Source: Eledone cirrhosa (taxonomy: Eukaryota). Taken from it: 64,000 nucleotides of DNA. Position numbers and translations under genes: made by a program. Every line of letters begins with the position of its first letter. Position 1 is the first letter of the stretch. The notes under the pieces are model-generated. The model was not told the origin of the DNA, did not search any database, and worked only from the letters and a program-made list of their open reading frames with translations. Positions 38,809-52,649 of the stretch are shown one piece after another. Where the stretch lies: contig OZ024741.1 in NCBI GenBank assembly GCA_964016885.1, forward strand, positions 175,894,001-175,958,000. The letters run 5' to 3'.

Positions 38809-40235
38809 TATAATTAATTAAGAAATTTAGTTAATATATGAAACATGTCGATAAATCATTAGATTCCTTCACCTTTTTCTTTTTAAACTTTCTTCCTAAA
38901 TATAAACAAGGATATAATAAACTACTCTAAAATGTATATGCTCCCAATGTATTAAATAAAATATACGTAAGATAAATTTCTATACTAAATATAAGGTTAT
39001 CCGTAGAATAACTGGGTCTTCTAAATCTTTTAAATTATTTTTATTTTTTTATTTTTTTATTTTTTTATTTGTTTTGACTCTGATAGCTTCTAATAACTTT
39101 CATAAGTCTACCCTTTCAATATCTTGTTTGAGATATAGGTAGGATAAATTTCTATACTAAATATATAAAACATATTATTTTAACTGAAGATACTCTATAG
39201 TGTTTTAGAGATATTTAATGCTTTGATTTTTATATTGATATTTGATTATTTCTATACAAATGACATATGTGTGTATTAACATGCATATAAAAGTGTTATA
39301 GGTTCTATTTATGTGTTTATATATATGTATGTATATATACATGACCGATGCTGGAAAAGTCACGCAGATATTTATTTATTTATTTACACATATATATGTG
39401 TATATATGTGTGTGTGTATATGTGATGTATGTTGCAGATATGCATAATATTAAATACATGAACGGTAATCGTATATATGAGGACATGAGTATTAATCGTA
39501 TATGTATGTATATATACTGTGAACTTTTTATAACACAAGAAGTGTGTCTATATTATTGGCTTGAGTAGACATAATTTCTATTTTCAGGACGTACATATGT
39601 GTGTATATATATATACATATTTGTATCCTGATTTTTATAAATAGGGTACTTTTTTGAAGGATTTAACTCAGATTTTGGTATATTGATCTCAAGTTTTTAA
39701 ACTAAACATATGGTCATTATTGAACAATGTTATTTTCTCATATTATATATCTATGTCCCATTCATGAATATTGATATTTATTTTTATTATTCATTTCAGA
39801 TAAATTGTTAACTCAACATAATATGACATGACGTAAAGTTGTCACTATCTCCCCCTCTCTCTATATAGTATTTTCTCTCTCTTGAGTTTTTCTATCTGTA
39901 TGATGACTTATTATCTCTCTGTTGCTTTCTTTTGTTTTTCTTATTTCTTCCTTTTTTCTTTCTTTTTATTTCCTCCTATCTATTTATCTCTTTCTTTTCT
40001 ACATACATTTCTCTCTCTCTCCGATATTTCTCCAGGTTTTCTTTTTCTCTCTCTCCTTCTTTCTCTCTCCTTCTCTCTCTCCGTCTTTTCTTTCTTTCTC
40101 TCCGTCTTTTTCTAATTGTGCTTAACACTATAACTAATAAAATAATAAACATTTCACTATCCAGACAGCTTCCAAAAATAATGGTTGCATCTAATAGGGT
40201 ACTTCAAAATTGTTTATAAAACGGTTTATATATTG

Positions 40236-40300
40236 TATTTTGTCTGATGAAGGCATACCATATTTTAATTTGGTATCCCTGAAATATGTATAATGAAATA
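40236..40300 (+). ncRNA. Type I hammerhead (family F)
   Basis: tattttgt-CTGATGA-aggcatacca-loop-tggtatccct-GAAA-tatgta-TA-atgaaata. Stem I is 8 bp and the triplet is AUA. Confidence 0.85.
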
Positions 40301-40427
40301 AATATGGTTTTATAAATATAGTTTCCATTTATTAATATCGTATATCTACTCCAAAAACTTGTCGAGTGCCTTATATCAGTTATAAAATATTTACTTGTTG
40401 TATCCCAACAATTTTAAATAGAACTTT

Positions 40428-40472
<45 letters not shown>

Positions 40473-41044
40473 TCCGTTTATTGCTGCGGTTATTGTTGTT
40501 GTTGTTGTTGGCAGGATATTACTATCATTACGACTGCTAAGGCCAGTGTAGGTGACGTTCGTCGGTGTTTGATGTAGTTGTTGTTGTAGCTGTTGTTTTG
40601 AATGTGGCTGTCAACAAAATTATATACTTCACCTCCCTCAGAGTTCCGTTTATTGGTTCCATTATCTATTGGATTCTGCTGGCTACGCATAGACTATCGT
40701 TTGATACATATCAACACAACATACTTCAGGGGTTACCTTTCTGCTGATTTACAACCTCAATTCCGTGGGGGATGCGTGAATCCTGATATCGCTAATTGAC
40801 ACGTAGATAGCACTTTACTCCAGTAAACGCGACGGCTGGGAGACTTGTTCAGGAAATCATATGTCTGCTGGGCGCACGAGTAGAAGGACGTGTTTTTCTC
40901 GCCTGCCGGCTGTATATCACAAACTCGAATTTCATCTGAGGATACTGTTCTTATAACAGCAACAAATGGGATAACCGTTGAAATAATTATAATGAATCAA
41001 ACGATTTATGTAACATCAGCATCTTTATTGATGTTTTATATATA

Positions 41045-41245
41045 TATCTTCGTATTATCTTCGCCTTTTTCAATTCGTTTGCCAGGGAACGTCCTCACGA
41101 AGCAAAGTATCGTCTCCCTGTTTTTCTTCGGTTGCAACGTTTTTCGAAATATTTACTTCTGCGTTCATAGATTGATTTTTTTTAGTTTCAGAAGATCCCG
41201 GTAAGGGTGAAATTAGCGATTCTTTTCTTAAACTTTAATCTGTTA

Positions 41246-41307
<62 letters not shown>

Positions 41308-41397
41308 TAACAGATTAAAGTTTGAGAAAAGGAATCGCTGCTTTCTCCCTTACCGGGATCTTCTGAAACTAAAAACATCAATCTATGAACGCAGAAG
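41045..41397. mobile_element. Two family E copies tail-to-tail around (TA)n, with HHR-like folds at 41184-41234 (+) and 41319-41370 (-)
   Basis: Same sequence as 28800-29000. The minus copy has perfect stem II tccc/ggga and a CUC triplet. Confidence 0.75.
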
Positions 41398-41415
41398 TAA
41401 ATATTTCGAAAAACG

Positions 41416-41456
<41 letters not shown>

Positions 41457-41496
41457 TTCAAATATTAACAAAATAGATATTCTTGTGATCAATTAA

Positions 41497-41561
41497 ATTT
41501 TATTATACATATTTCAGAGGTACTGAATTAAGTTCAACAGTACGTACTCATCAGATAAAAT
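41497..41561 (-). ncRNA. Type I hammerhead (family F-related)
   Basis: attttat-CTGATGA-gtac-gtactg..cagtac-ctct-GAAA-tatgta-TA-ataaaat. The base of stem II is imperfect. Confidence 0.7.
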
Positions 41562-41769
41562 AAAATGATACATGACATACCCTGACATGTTAGATGGTTA
41601 AGATTTAATCAAGGTATTATTGGTGGAGTAGGTAGACTGGCATACATAGGCGACTGCACGTCTTCGATCTTACCCAGAATTGTGCCTTAGAGTGGAACAT
41701 CTAGGTGCAAATCCCATGGTCATACGTGACCGAAGGGGCTCTTTACCCTTTACCCTTTATATATATATA

Positions 41770-42720
41770 ATTCATGGACTTCTAGACGATCTGACTCTAT
41801 CAAGCTATAAAAATGGCTTTAATTGATTTAGGACAGCCACGTTTAATGAGTTCGGGTTTAAGGTCACTTAAAATAACTTAAACATCAATCTAGACCTTCG
41901 CATGCATAATTTCAGTGCTTTTCACAAACTCAATGAATGGACTCATGCTACCCACCTACAGTCTTTAAAATCCTCGTCAAAAACATCAGCACTAAAAGCT
42001 TTCTTCTTTGACAGAGTGGCACCTTGCTATAACACTGCGTTAGCCAACAGCGGATTCTCCGATCAAATGTCTTACTCCCCTCCTAATTACACTAATAACG
42101 AAATAAAAAAATAATGTTATTCTGCCCAGAATTTTCGTTTCGAATTGAAATTAATGTAAGTAAGGAATGGTTAGCATTTCCTCAGAAAGCATGAATACAG
42201 ATTTGTCTTTAAGAGACACATGATAAAATTTGGATAATCCTGTGCTAAAAATATAAAAGCCCACATCACCATTAAACCCAATAGTGCTCCCCAGACTGAT
42301 TGTCTTGCCAAAAACCGGAATCATGCCCCCTAAAACAATGATTTACCACACCTGCAGTCGTCTACAAGACTGAAGTTATATTCACCCAGCCGAAGCAAAA
42401 GCATGAGGTCAAAACATGTAGGTATATCGGAGGGTCGGTTCAAAGAACGCTTCCTTAACCATCAGATGACCTTTAGATACATTGACATGCGATAGTCTGC
42501 GAAGTTGGCAAGCTGAGTATGGTCACTCAAGGCTGCAGACGTGAACTTCTCCATCCAATGATAAATCCTCACTATATAGAGAACATACAGAAATGGAACG
42601 AAGTGCTGAAAGTTGTGCATCGAAGAAAGAGAAATTCTTTTGCAGAAATTACGTGAGAGTGATTGCCTTAACACGAGAGCTAATTTTTGTAATCGCTGCA
42701 AATTTCTATTGCATTCCTAG
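41770..42720 (+). pseudogene. Decayed Penelope-like RT thumb plus GIY-YIG remnant
   Basis: FFDRVAPCYNTALANSGF; FKERFLNH..TFRY..AKLAS*VWSLK..NFSIQ**IL..YRNGTKC*KLCIEE..LNTR. Multiple stops. Confidence 0.75.
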
Positions 42721-43385
42721 AAGAAACAAGGATAACCATAAGTTTAACCTGGACAGAAATATCACAAGGTGTCGTTCTTCAAAGTTTAGACGTTAAAAAT
42801 ATTGCGCGTTAAACGCTTGTTTATGGAAACGTAGTATAACAAATGGAAATAACTAAAAAATGTAAATTTGAAATTGCAATGTAAGTGTACACGTGTGTGC
42901 TCTCTAGCAGATGTAAAGTATTATGCAATGGTATGTAATATAGAGATATAAATATTTATTAATCTATGAATTTGAGTAGTATAGAATGAGTACCGTATTA
43001 TGTAAGCGTGGAAAAAGAAAAGATATTAAGAAGGTGTATTAATCAATATTAAGGTGGTTGAAAAACTGTTGAATTTAGCAAGGCGTTGAAATGTAGAGAT
43101 CCTCCGAACAAATAATTATTGTTCGGAGACGACAAAAAACCCTAAATTCTTCACTGTGACAGAGACTATCTTCCAAGTAATCATATTTTGAGCTCTATCC
43201 TTCTTTAATTTACAGATTACTTTTGTCAGGCGCCTGCTGGTTCTTATATATGGAATTCTGAAGGAATGCAGATGCGAGTAAAGACATGTTTAAAACGATC
43301 TTGCGCCCTACCGACTGATTAAGTATGCACACACGCACATACACACACTAACACACGTGCACACACGCACATAAATATACATACT

Positions 43386-43479
<94 letters not shown>

Positions 43480-43716
43480 CATGCATACTTGATCGCCATC
43501 AGATTCGACAACTGCTCATTTTTATTCGATCAACAGAAAAACCCCACGCAGTATGCATTGAGCATTCTATAACCGTGTCTCCCATCTAACCTAGTTCTCC
43601 TGGATGTTCTGTATGGCATCGACTCTTGTCAAAGAACGCAACCCCACCAGGAATCGAATCACTACATTACGACAGTGACTCGAACACTCATTAAAAAAAT
43701 ATTAGGATGCAAATTC

Positions 43717-43760
<44 letters not shown>

Positions 43761-45483
43761 AGGATGCAGATTCATCATGTCTTTTACAGTTAGCTTCACA
43801 TAAAAAGAGACAAAAGCAAAAAGAAATAAAATATCACTATAAATTAATACAATTGATTAGATTTTTCCGGGTGGAATAATATTTTTGAACATTAATTTCC
43901 TGCAAATTCCTCTGATCATCGTCTTTGCAAATTCTTCTTCTAACGAAAATATGATCCAGTGGAGAGATTAATGGTATTTGATTTAATCACAGTAATTTCT
44001 AGAGAAATTTAATTCTAAATTCCTTTAGTGTCGGTGATTTTGTTGCATAGATGAACAACAACTACACTATAAAAACGACACTACATTATAAAAACTACAC
44101 AACACTATACAAAAGAACAAACATTAGACGAGAACTTCTGTAAGTGGTTATTCGACCTGTCAGATATAACAACCAAACTTAATTGAAATCACGCCTACTA
44201 CTTTTTCAAATTAAAATTATAGATTAGAATTATGAAATCCTAAACACATAATGTATTGTAAAACCTTTATATCTGCGGGATATACCAGTTATTGAAGGGC
44301 TAGAATATGTGTGTTTACTTTCACTCTTCAAAACTGGTTTTGTGTGACAGATGTACATGTTCTTCAGATATTTTCAGTATACGAAGTCATCATTCCAATG
44401 TATCTTTACACACAGACGAACACATACAAACACACACGCACTCCATCATTTACAACACCTGCGTAGAACCATGTATGGCCTGATAAGACGGAGCTATGAC
44501 TCATCACTATATTTATATGCATGTATTTCATATGTGATAGTCTGTCTGTTTCATAACCTGTATTCTATAGAAATATATATAGTGAACTGACTGCAAATTC
44601 TTCAGAGATAAGTATTTCTGTAAAGAAGAAAATTATTTAATTTCATAACATAATAAAAGATATAATTTTCAATATAAGATAATGAAGATGCCCTACTATA
44701 GAAACATTAATGTAACTGATAGAACAGTCTATCCAAAAAATAAAGCAATACTAAATTCTAAGACGAGCAAAAACTACAAGAAATAATCTTTGAAATATGA
44801 AACGCCTAATAATATCTTTAAAAGATCAATTCTTTATAAAAATACAATATATACAACAAGCACATAACAAAGTAAGAATATGTTTAATAAGAAAGGAGAT
44901 AATAATAAAATATATTTCAAGTAGATCTTATCTATATTAACTTACACAGCTGTACATATAACTAGAAATGTACAAGTACATATAAAAATAAGTGCACAGC
45001 AAAGAATTATTTTAGAAACTGTGACGCTTTCCATTATTCAAATGGTTGGACAGTAAATATAAGAATTCATTTCACAAAACAATATTGAATATGGAAATAC
45101 TTACATCATCCCCACCTTGCAAATTAAAATAGCAAATATTTGTTCACAAACCTTATTTTATTATTAATTATCAAGATTTCTGATTCCTAAGTTATAATTG
45201 ACTTTTAATATTAACGTACTTTGTTGATTAATTAGTGCATAGAACATTAAACATATACTAATGAGAAACATTCATGCTGTAAGATGAAATCTAATCATAT
45301 TATTCAATAAGTAGTACTTTTCTTTATTTCAAGCAAATACGAGAGATCATTTTGGAGACGATTTAATGTTATTCTGATATCATCAGCGAAGCATAACGAT
45401 GACCATACTTATCGATCTAGTAATGTAAGTGTTCAACATTGTATATTTAGTGGTAAAACAAATAGATTTCCAGATATTAACTA

Positions 45484-45688
45484 CAGGGTGACCGCAAGAA
45501 CACTCCTTGATTTCAAATACTTATAATATCAAAACTTAAATGTATATTCTTACAAGCTGCAGCTGCATAAACGAACAAAGTGTTTTTTCCCCATTTACAT
45601 AATTGATTCGATTCGCTAGATGACAGTGTAATTCAAGATGGCGTTTACTCCACAACAACGTAGCTGGTGTGTTTTTGTGGTGACCCTG
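45484..45688 (+). mobile_element. Mariner-family deletion derivative (MITE, 205 bp)
   Basis: TA|cagggtgaccgcaagaacac ... gtgtttttgtggtgaccctg|TA, with a residual start 'aagATGGCGTTTACTCCACAACAA'. Confidence 0.8.
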
Positions 45689-45829
45689 TATTATAAAGTT
45701 AAAAAAAAAACAACAATCTACTTCTGGTGACTTATCATACAAATAATGAATAATAGTAATTACATATGGTAGTGCAATACAGTTAGTTTATATGATAGCA
45801 ACATAATTGACGAAATTGCCTTCTCCTTG

Positions 45830-46385
45830 ACCATCGATTCCGTTGATAAACTAATTTTAAGACATACCGCTTTGTGTATTGGCCAGGTATCCACCTCGAG
45901 AGATTTCCATGGGTTGTATGCTCCTCCCTGTGTTTCCAGTGTCTAGTGCCAGTCTTCATGTATTCTTGAAGCCACGTATTTTACTTCCTCAAGCTGGCAT
46001 CTAACTCAATGCTGCTTTTGCATACCATTGATCTGTCAATCACACCTTTTCACCAGCCAGTCGCATTCTTCATTCGATAATTGTGTTTTGGCGTTTTTAT
46101 GACAAAGTTTATCTTCCACACTTATTAGATTCGTATGGAATTTTTGTTAAATATCTTTACTGAAAGGTATTCAACGTTTTGCTGATTTTTGCAATGTTCT
46201 CCACGTTTTCCTTTATATTTAACATCTTTGGTAGTACAAAGATATTGAACAGACGGATTTTGATGTTAATATTCATTATGTTCATTCATAAGATATTGTA
46301 TGCCCACTATACTCCTGGTGCATTTCTGAATCTGTATCTGGCATCTGTTTCATTGTCTCTGTTACCACACATCACACTGCTAAGC
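45830..46385 (-). pseudogene. Decayed RTE-like LINE 3' coding remnant
   Basis: NINIKIRLFNIFVLP..KTLNTFQ*RYLTKI..RMRLAG..DQWYAKAAL, with stops. Confidence 0.55.
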
Positions 46386-46930
46386 TACAAAAGAAAATTA
46401 AAATTAAATTATCGAAACTAATGAGGATGAGGGATTTGGTTTGAAACACGGCAATTCCTGTAATTAGCAACATATTCTATATAACAATACAGTATTGCTT
46501 TCGAATATAGGCACAACACTTAAAAGATTGGTTACATGGTTTAGTCACTTAAATCAACAGCAATCGTTGACTGCTACTAGTTTTATTGAGCTAAATATCC
46601 ACTCCAGTCGTATATGTCTAATGCGTAGGTAGAAGGTAATAAATGTAGTGATGGGTCTAGAGCATTAACTAAATCTAAAAGGTTTCTTGAAGTTAATGTT
46701 ATCTCACTAGAATAAGAGGCAAATATAACTTGGCAGTATTCAAAGTTGCGAATGTAAATAACTACAACTAAATACCGCTTGTCATTTTGTCCGGCGCTCT
46801 GTCAGTATTATCAGTTCGCTCACCTCATGGGTCCTCAAAACCTGTTAAAGTCGCACCTGCCTCGACTTAGGTAATGTAACCCAGAGGAGACCATCCCTTT
46901 TCAGGTGGTGTGAACGTAGCTGATTTCTTC

Positions 46931-47054
<124 letters not shown>

Positions 47055-47424
47055 TAATACATCGACTTACTTTGGCGGGATTTGAACTAATACCATGAAT
47101 AATTTTTACCGAGGTTTTATAGATCTAACTATGATGGTTTTAGCGTGGATGTAATTCAAAAGAGAAATCATACCATACTGATTGTATGATAAGGCATTTC
47201 TCCATGAAGTTCAAGTTGCAAATTATGATAGTATTCCAGTGTAATAAATTAGTTAGAGATGGTGTAGCTATCAATTCTCTGATTCCCGGTCGGGATAGCC
47301 TGAGAGAAATGCAATAGTAGTTAACAACAAATAAAGAAATTATTAATGATTAACATTGGTAATAAATGAAATAGTAATTCGGACAAGCTAGTAATGTTAC
47401 ACATAATTATTTATGTAAAAATGC

Positions 47425-47482
<58 letters not shown>

Positions 47483-47519
47483 TATATATAAATGTGTGTG
47501 TATGTGTGTGTATAAACTA

Positions 47520-47649
47520 AATCAGCTGTCGAAACGACCGGAGCTCAGCGGTCGGTGACCTGAATCATTTCATATTACCCTCTCTACTACTCAAAGTATC
47601 GGGTACTCTGGTGCGTTATGGTCCACCTGGTATCTTACCACACCCTCTT

Positions 47650-47652
<3 letters not shown>
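47520..47652 (+). mobile_element. Diverged family B copy
   Basis: 'agctgtcGAAAcgaccggagctcagcggTCgg' plus the tail 'gtactctggtgcgttatggtccacctgg..ttaccaca'. Confidence 0.65.
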
Positions 47653-47719
<67 letters not shown>

Positions 47720-48244
47720 TGGCTGCCAACTCGTTTTCGAGTACGGCCACTATTTTATATCCATGTAGGAGAACTCCTACCGATGCGCCGAACGAGTGTG
47801 ACTTTTTAGTCCAACCAGTGACTTGAAAACTCTGGTACAAACACTACACTTGTGACAATTATTGACACATAGTGCTGGGCCCATGGTATCATGTGACGAC
47901 AAGTGCAGAGAGATCTCCAGATATAAAGCAATGCTTGTGCCGTGAAGCTTTTATAGTGAGCAAAGGCACTTCACCAAATGAGTCCCACTCTCTTAACCAA
48001 GATGATATTTACCAAAAAGAAGAACAAGTCAACATCATTGGATACCATCAGAGTTGCAGGTGTTATATCAGAGTTTTCCTTCTCCTAGAATTATGCCTTG
48101 ACACATATATATTCATATATATATATCCTAGAATTCTGCCTTGATATATATATATATATAGGAGGTGAGTTTTATTGTAGTACAATAAAGCAATGCAGAT
48201 ATCGGATGAGAAGCACTCTACAGTTTGTAGGACTGGAGTATACA

Positions 48245-48539
48245 TAATATATAAGATCAAATGATGGTTAAAAGAGTTCCTTGTATTTTATTATGCGCAT
48301 TTCAAAAACAAATATCATCATGCAATAATATTTGTGTTTTCATCAGATAAAATATGAAGACATGATATGAATGTTAAAAAACACTTGTGAATAGTGCAGT
48401 TTTAAATCAATTTAAAACTGCACTATTCACAAGTGTTTTTTAACCTTCATATCTAACACAAATATTATTGCATGATGATATTTGTTTTTGAAATGCGCAT
48501 AATAAAATACAAGGAACTCTTTTAACCATCTTTTGATCT

Positions 48540-48550
<11 letters not shown>
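48245..48550. mobile_element. Fold-back element (~150-bp arms) with HHR
   Basis: Palindrome with apex 'gcagttttaaatcaatttaaaactgc' at ~48396-48421. The right arm has lost CTGATGA by deletion. Confidence 0.88.
48284..48354 (-). ncRNA. Type I hammerhead
   Basis: tattttat-CTGATGA-aaacacaaatatta..tgatatttgttttt-GAAA-tgcgca-TA-ataaaata. Stem III is the palindrome ATGCGCAT. Confidence 0.88.
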
Positions 48551-48611
<61 letters not shown>

Positions 48612-48794
48612 TATATAGATGAGATTCTAAAGGACTAGAACTGTTTCATTCTTTAGAAATCATTAGGAATCTCTGATGATTCCTGATGATTTATAAAGAA
48701 TGAAACAGTTCTAGTCATGTAGAATCTCATCTATATTAAAACTGTTATACTCTGCAATGTATTGAGTACCTTACTTACTGTGGTTACCTCCGAT
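48612..48794 (+). mobile_element. Family A fold-back element with HHRs at 48678-48726 (+) and 48622-48672 (-, mutated)
   Basis: gattc-CTGATGA-..-GAAA-cag-ttctagtc-atg-TA-gaatc plus the family A tail. Confidence 0.8.
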
Positions 48795-49059
48795 ATTGTT
48801 GACAATTAGTCTTTTACCTTAAATTTATTTAAATATCTTTAATTTTCAAGATTATATCTCTTCTTCGGAGAGAAGTAAAGTGGTTAATCCAGCGTTCTAA
48901 ATAGCTTGCCAAGTCATGCTGACAGGAAATGGTATAGAGATTCCATTCTATCTCTAATGTTAAAGAGTGAAGGTTAGGTGGATAAAGAGTAATCTCCCTT
49001 TAAAAGGGGTTTTGTATATGTATGTTTAAGTGTGTGGGAGAATACGTGAGGCGTAAGTA

Positions 49060-49128
<69 letters not shown>

Positions 49129-49329
49129 AAGAAGATGTCTATACGTAAATGCGGAGGCTAGATGCTCTATCATGTTAAAACTCCTCTTTGTGTGTGTGTA
49201 TGTGTGTGTGCGTGTGCGTGTGCGTTCCTCAGTGAAATAACAACCCAACCAGGAACTGGGCATATCAGAGTATTGACAAAGTTATACACCTCAACACCAT
49301 GTGTACTTGTCTATACCACACTAATTCGG

Positions 49330-49384
49330 ACTGCCTGAAGAGGTCACAGTCAAAGATGGCTGTCACCGAAATATATATAGCAGT
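49330..49384 (+). ncRNA. Type I hammerhead
   Basis: actgc-CTGAAGA-ggtcacagtc-aaagat-ggctgtcacc-GAAA-tatata-TA-gcagt. Stem III is the palindrome ATATATAT. Confidence 0.85.
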
Positions 49385-49430
49385 AATAAACGAAGCTAAA
49401 TTTTAAACATTTGACTTATTTATTTTACTT

Positions 49431-49471
<41 letters not shown>

Positions 49472-51379
49472 AAAATTCTATTTAAATTGTTGGGATACAA
49501 CAAGCAAATATTTTTATAACTGATATAAAGCACTCAACAAATATTTGGAGTAAACATACGATATTTAATTAAAAACATTTTGAAGACCTTACCCTATCAT
49601 TTTAAATAGTGACTATGTGACTTACTACATTTTTCGGCAAAGGAAGGGAGTGAAGCTGACAGATTCTGTTTCACACTGTTGATGTTCCTCAGAGCAACGT
49701 ACTTCGCGCCTCTGCTGAAAATTATAGAGGCTGGTTTCTTATAGAATTCCAGTAATAATCAGGAACTGATTAACAGAGCGATTGCCGGTCCAGCAAAAAT
49801 TCTGAGGGCAGTTAGAACGTGTGAAATATCTGTCAAAAATTCCTCCTATATATATATATTTTCGTTATAAAGGGGGAGCGGTGATTGTGTAACTGCGGTT
49901 CAACGGATCAGGATTCAAGTGATTCACTCGAAAATTGTCTTGGTTTATCGACAATATTCCTTTTCTGTTCATAAATAGCATCTAGATGGCATCATTTTGT
50001 TGTTCTGCATTGTGTGTGTGTATGAATGTGTGTGTGTCAGTGTGTCAGTGTGTCAGTGTGTGCGAGTGTGTATGTGTGAGAGAGATGGAGAGAGAGAGTG
50101 TGTGTTTGTGTGTGTACATTTAGGTGGGGTTCTATCGTGTCAAAAGTTCCAGTTATTTTCAGGATGAGTGAAAATTACTAAACACATCTAAGAATGGATA
50201 TAACATTTGACTTTTGTCTTGTGGTCTGTGTGTGTACGCGCGCGTGCGCGTGGGTGTGCGCGCGCGTGTGTGTGAGTGTATGTGTGTGATTGTGTGTGTG
50301 TGCGTGTGTGTGCATGTGAATGCGGTTCTGTTTATTTAGGGTTTGCAGATAAAAGCAAGAACAAAAGAAACAAGGAAAGTCAAATGACATTACAGAGAGA
50401 TAAAGTTTGTCAAATGATAGGTTTCTGGGGGACAAATAAAGGGAAGGAGGAAAAAATGGCTTATATTGGAAGGTTCTTTAGAATTATGATTTTTGCTTTT
50501 ATCATGTGGTGTGTGTATGCGTGTGTCTGGTTGCATATGTATCAGTTTGCTAAGAGATGTCTGTAAATGGCTTATTCCCCTCTATAGAACACTATTTATT
50601 GTTTAATATGAAACAATTACATATTTATTAATGATTTATATTTTTAATGAATAATTTTTATTTATTTATTTTCTCATGTTGAGTAAAAGAGTGAGTATTT
50701 ACAGAGTGGGAACATTTTGATGTTTGGTAAGTCTAATTCAGCCCATAATGCAATATTACTATCTCAGGGAATTGTCTCGGGTTTTGAGTATGGATCTGTT
50801 GGTGGTGTATGGTCATTCTTTTGCGTAATGATACACCAGTCGGTTTTATGTAATTGTATGGAAATTTTGAAATTGCTATTTGAAATTTACCTATTTTTAT
50901 TTATGAAGGTGAGCTGTGAATCCAAGAGGTTTCGGTTGCCATTGATAGAAAATTGAGCGAGACCATACATGTGTAAAGTAACTTGAATTCCGTATATTGC
51001 GTCGGTCAGGCGTCGTACTAAATGCCTTGGAATTTATTGCAATTTACTGCTCTCTGAGTTCAAATTCCCCAGACATCCAATTTCCCTTTCATCATTCGGT
51101 GGTCCATGAATAAGACAACATGCAAATGGCGTCAGTTTAGAAGATTATTAAAAGAGTTGAGCGGGATGCTTTGTGTTATCTGATTAGGTCCCGTGTGTTC
51201 TAATTTCAAATCCAGAACCCTCTGCCACTATTTTCACCCGGCAGGTAGAATTAGCCTGCAGTAGAAGTAACAATCAATGTAGTAAAGCGGCTATTAGAAA
51301 CAATTATGATGAAGGTTTATTTACGGCCTAACCTTCTTAAGGAATTCAATGAATCACAACGACGACGACGACGATTATA

Positions 51380-51724
51380 CAGAGCGGTCCGAAAGTCTTG
51401 TCACCCCCTGCCAAAAAGTAATGAGAAACAGTTTATGTTCCCATCGCAGTATTGTCCTCTTCGGAGGAGCTGGTTTGCCGAATCTTGCAGGGAAGTCATG
51501 TCAAACATCCTCCATGCTCTTTCCAGAATGCACACGATCATGTGTCCATACACTTTCAAGCAGCCTCTCTTCCAAACTGTAGGAGCTCTGAAATAGAAAA
51601 TTATACTATTATTATTATATATTATGATTAATTAATATATATTATATTATCCAAATAAAAAAAAAACATAATGAAAGTTAAAACAATATGTGACAAGGGG
51701 TGACAAGTCTTTTGGACCACCCTA
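51380..51724 (-). mobile_element. Internally deleted Tc1/mariner transposon retaining the N-terminal HTH
   Basis: TIRs TA|cagagcggtccgaaagtcttgtcacccc and ggggtgacaagtcttttggaccacccta|TA. Minus-strand peptide YSLEERLLESVWTH..GKSMEDV*HDFPARFGKPAPPKRTILRWEHKLF. Confidence 0.8.
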
Positions 51725-52481
51725 TACATCAAATCACTCCTCCAACATAACTCTCTTTAGATTATTCAATAATGTACTGTCATAGGCTATAATCTTTAAT
51801 AACCTCTTCAATCTTAATATCTCTTTTATTTGTTGGTCTTTATACCATATTACATTATGAGGTATATCTGTTTTTATATTCATGAATATATGAATATCAT
51901 GTTTCTCATATTTCAAAAGGGTTAGTTCTATCATTGCCAAGGACTAGATTCTGCTTTCCAACCAAATAAATGTATGAGATCGCTTTTAAATCTAAATTAT
52001 ACTAAGACATCTTTTCAAATGTTGAACTCGAAATTGATATGGGAAATATTCAAGAAAGTTTTAAAAGGCTTCTCTCGAATCTTTCGTTTCTTCGTTTTAT
52101 TACTTACTTTTAGTGTTGGTATTAGAAACACGTGATGTATTGGCACATCATAGAATCATAAAAGTTAGGATTTGTTTGCTGTTTATGTTCGAAGATGTGA
52201 AATGTATGGTAGAAACTCCAAGACATAAATAGACAAGAGAATAAAGAGTAACAGGATCAAACAAGGCTTTCCACATCAAGAGTTCTTGACGGGAAAAATC
52301 CATTCATTAATTCATATTTGAAACTTGAAATCACTGGAAAAATTGGTTTTACTTCTTCATGCGTGAAATATGAAATAAATATATAAAGTATGAGATAAAT
52401 ATTGCTTTTATTCGAGATATATGTCACGCATCTGCAGCGCTATATGTAGTAGTCATAAACACACATAACTGTTTGTGCTGG

Positions 52482-52548
<67 letters not shown>

Positions 52549-52649
52549 TATATCCCTACACGCAAAAACCGTCCAGGGACACATGTATTGTACAACCATA
52601 TGCCAATGTGGATCAATGGCTAGTTAATACATTAACGAGCCAGAACATA

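Larger units (their letters stand above)
37678..40430 (+). mobile_element. Penelope-like element with ~885-bp inverted pseudo-LTR arms (family F)
   Basis: 37678-38565 is the reverse complement of 39465-40345. The arms enclose a GIY-YIG C-terminal remnant and each carries an HHR. The tail 40345-40430 recurs inverted at 49470-49565 and 54060-54140. Confidence 0.88.

Noticed and set aside
42607-42609. In-frame TGA at the conserved Cys of the CxLC motif, recalling selenocysteine-encoding PLEs
   Set aside because: The remnant has several other TGA, TAA and TAG stops nearby, and the homologous remnants at ~24840 and ~38675 have Cys. Decay is the simpler explanation.
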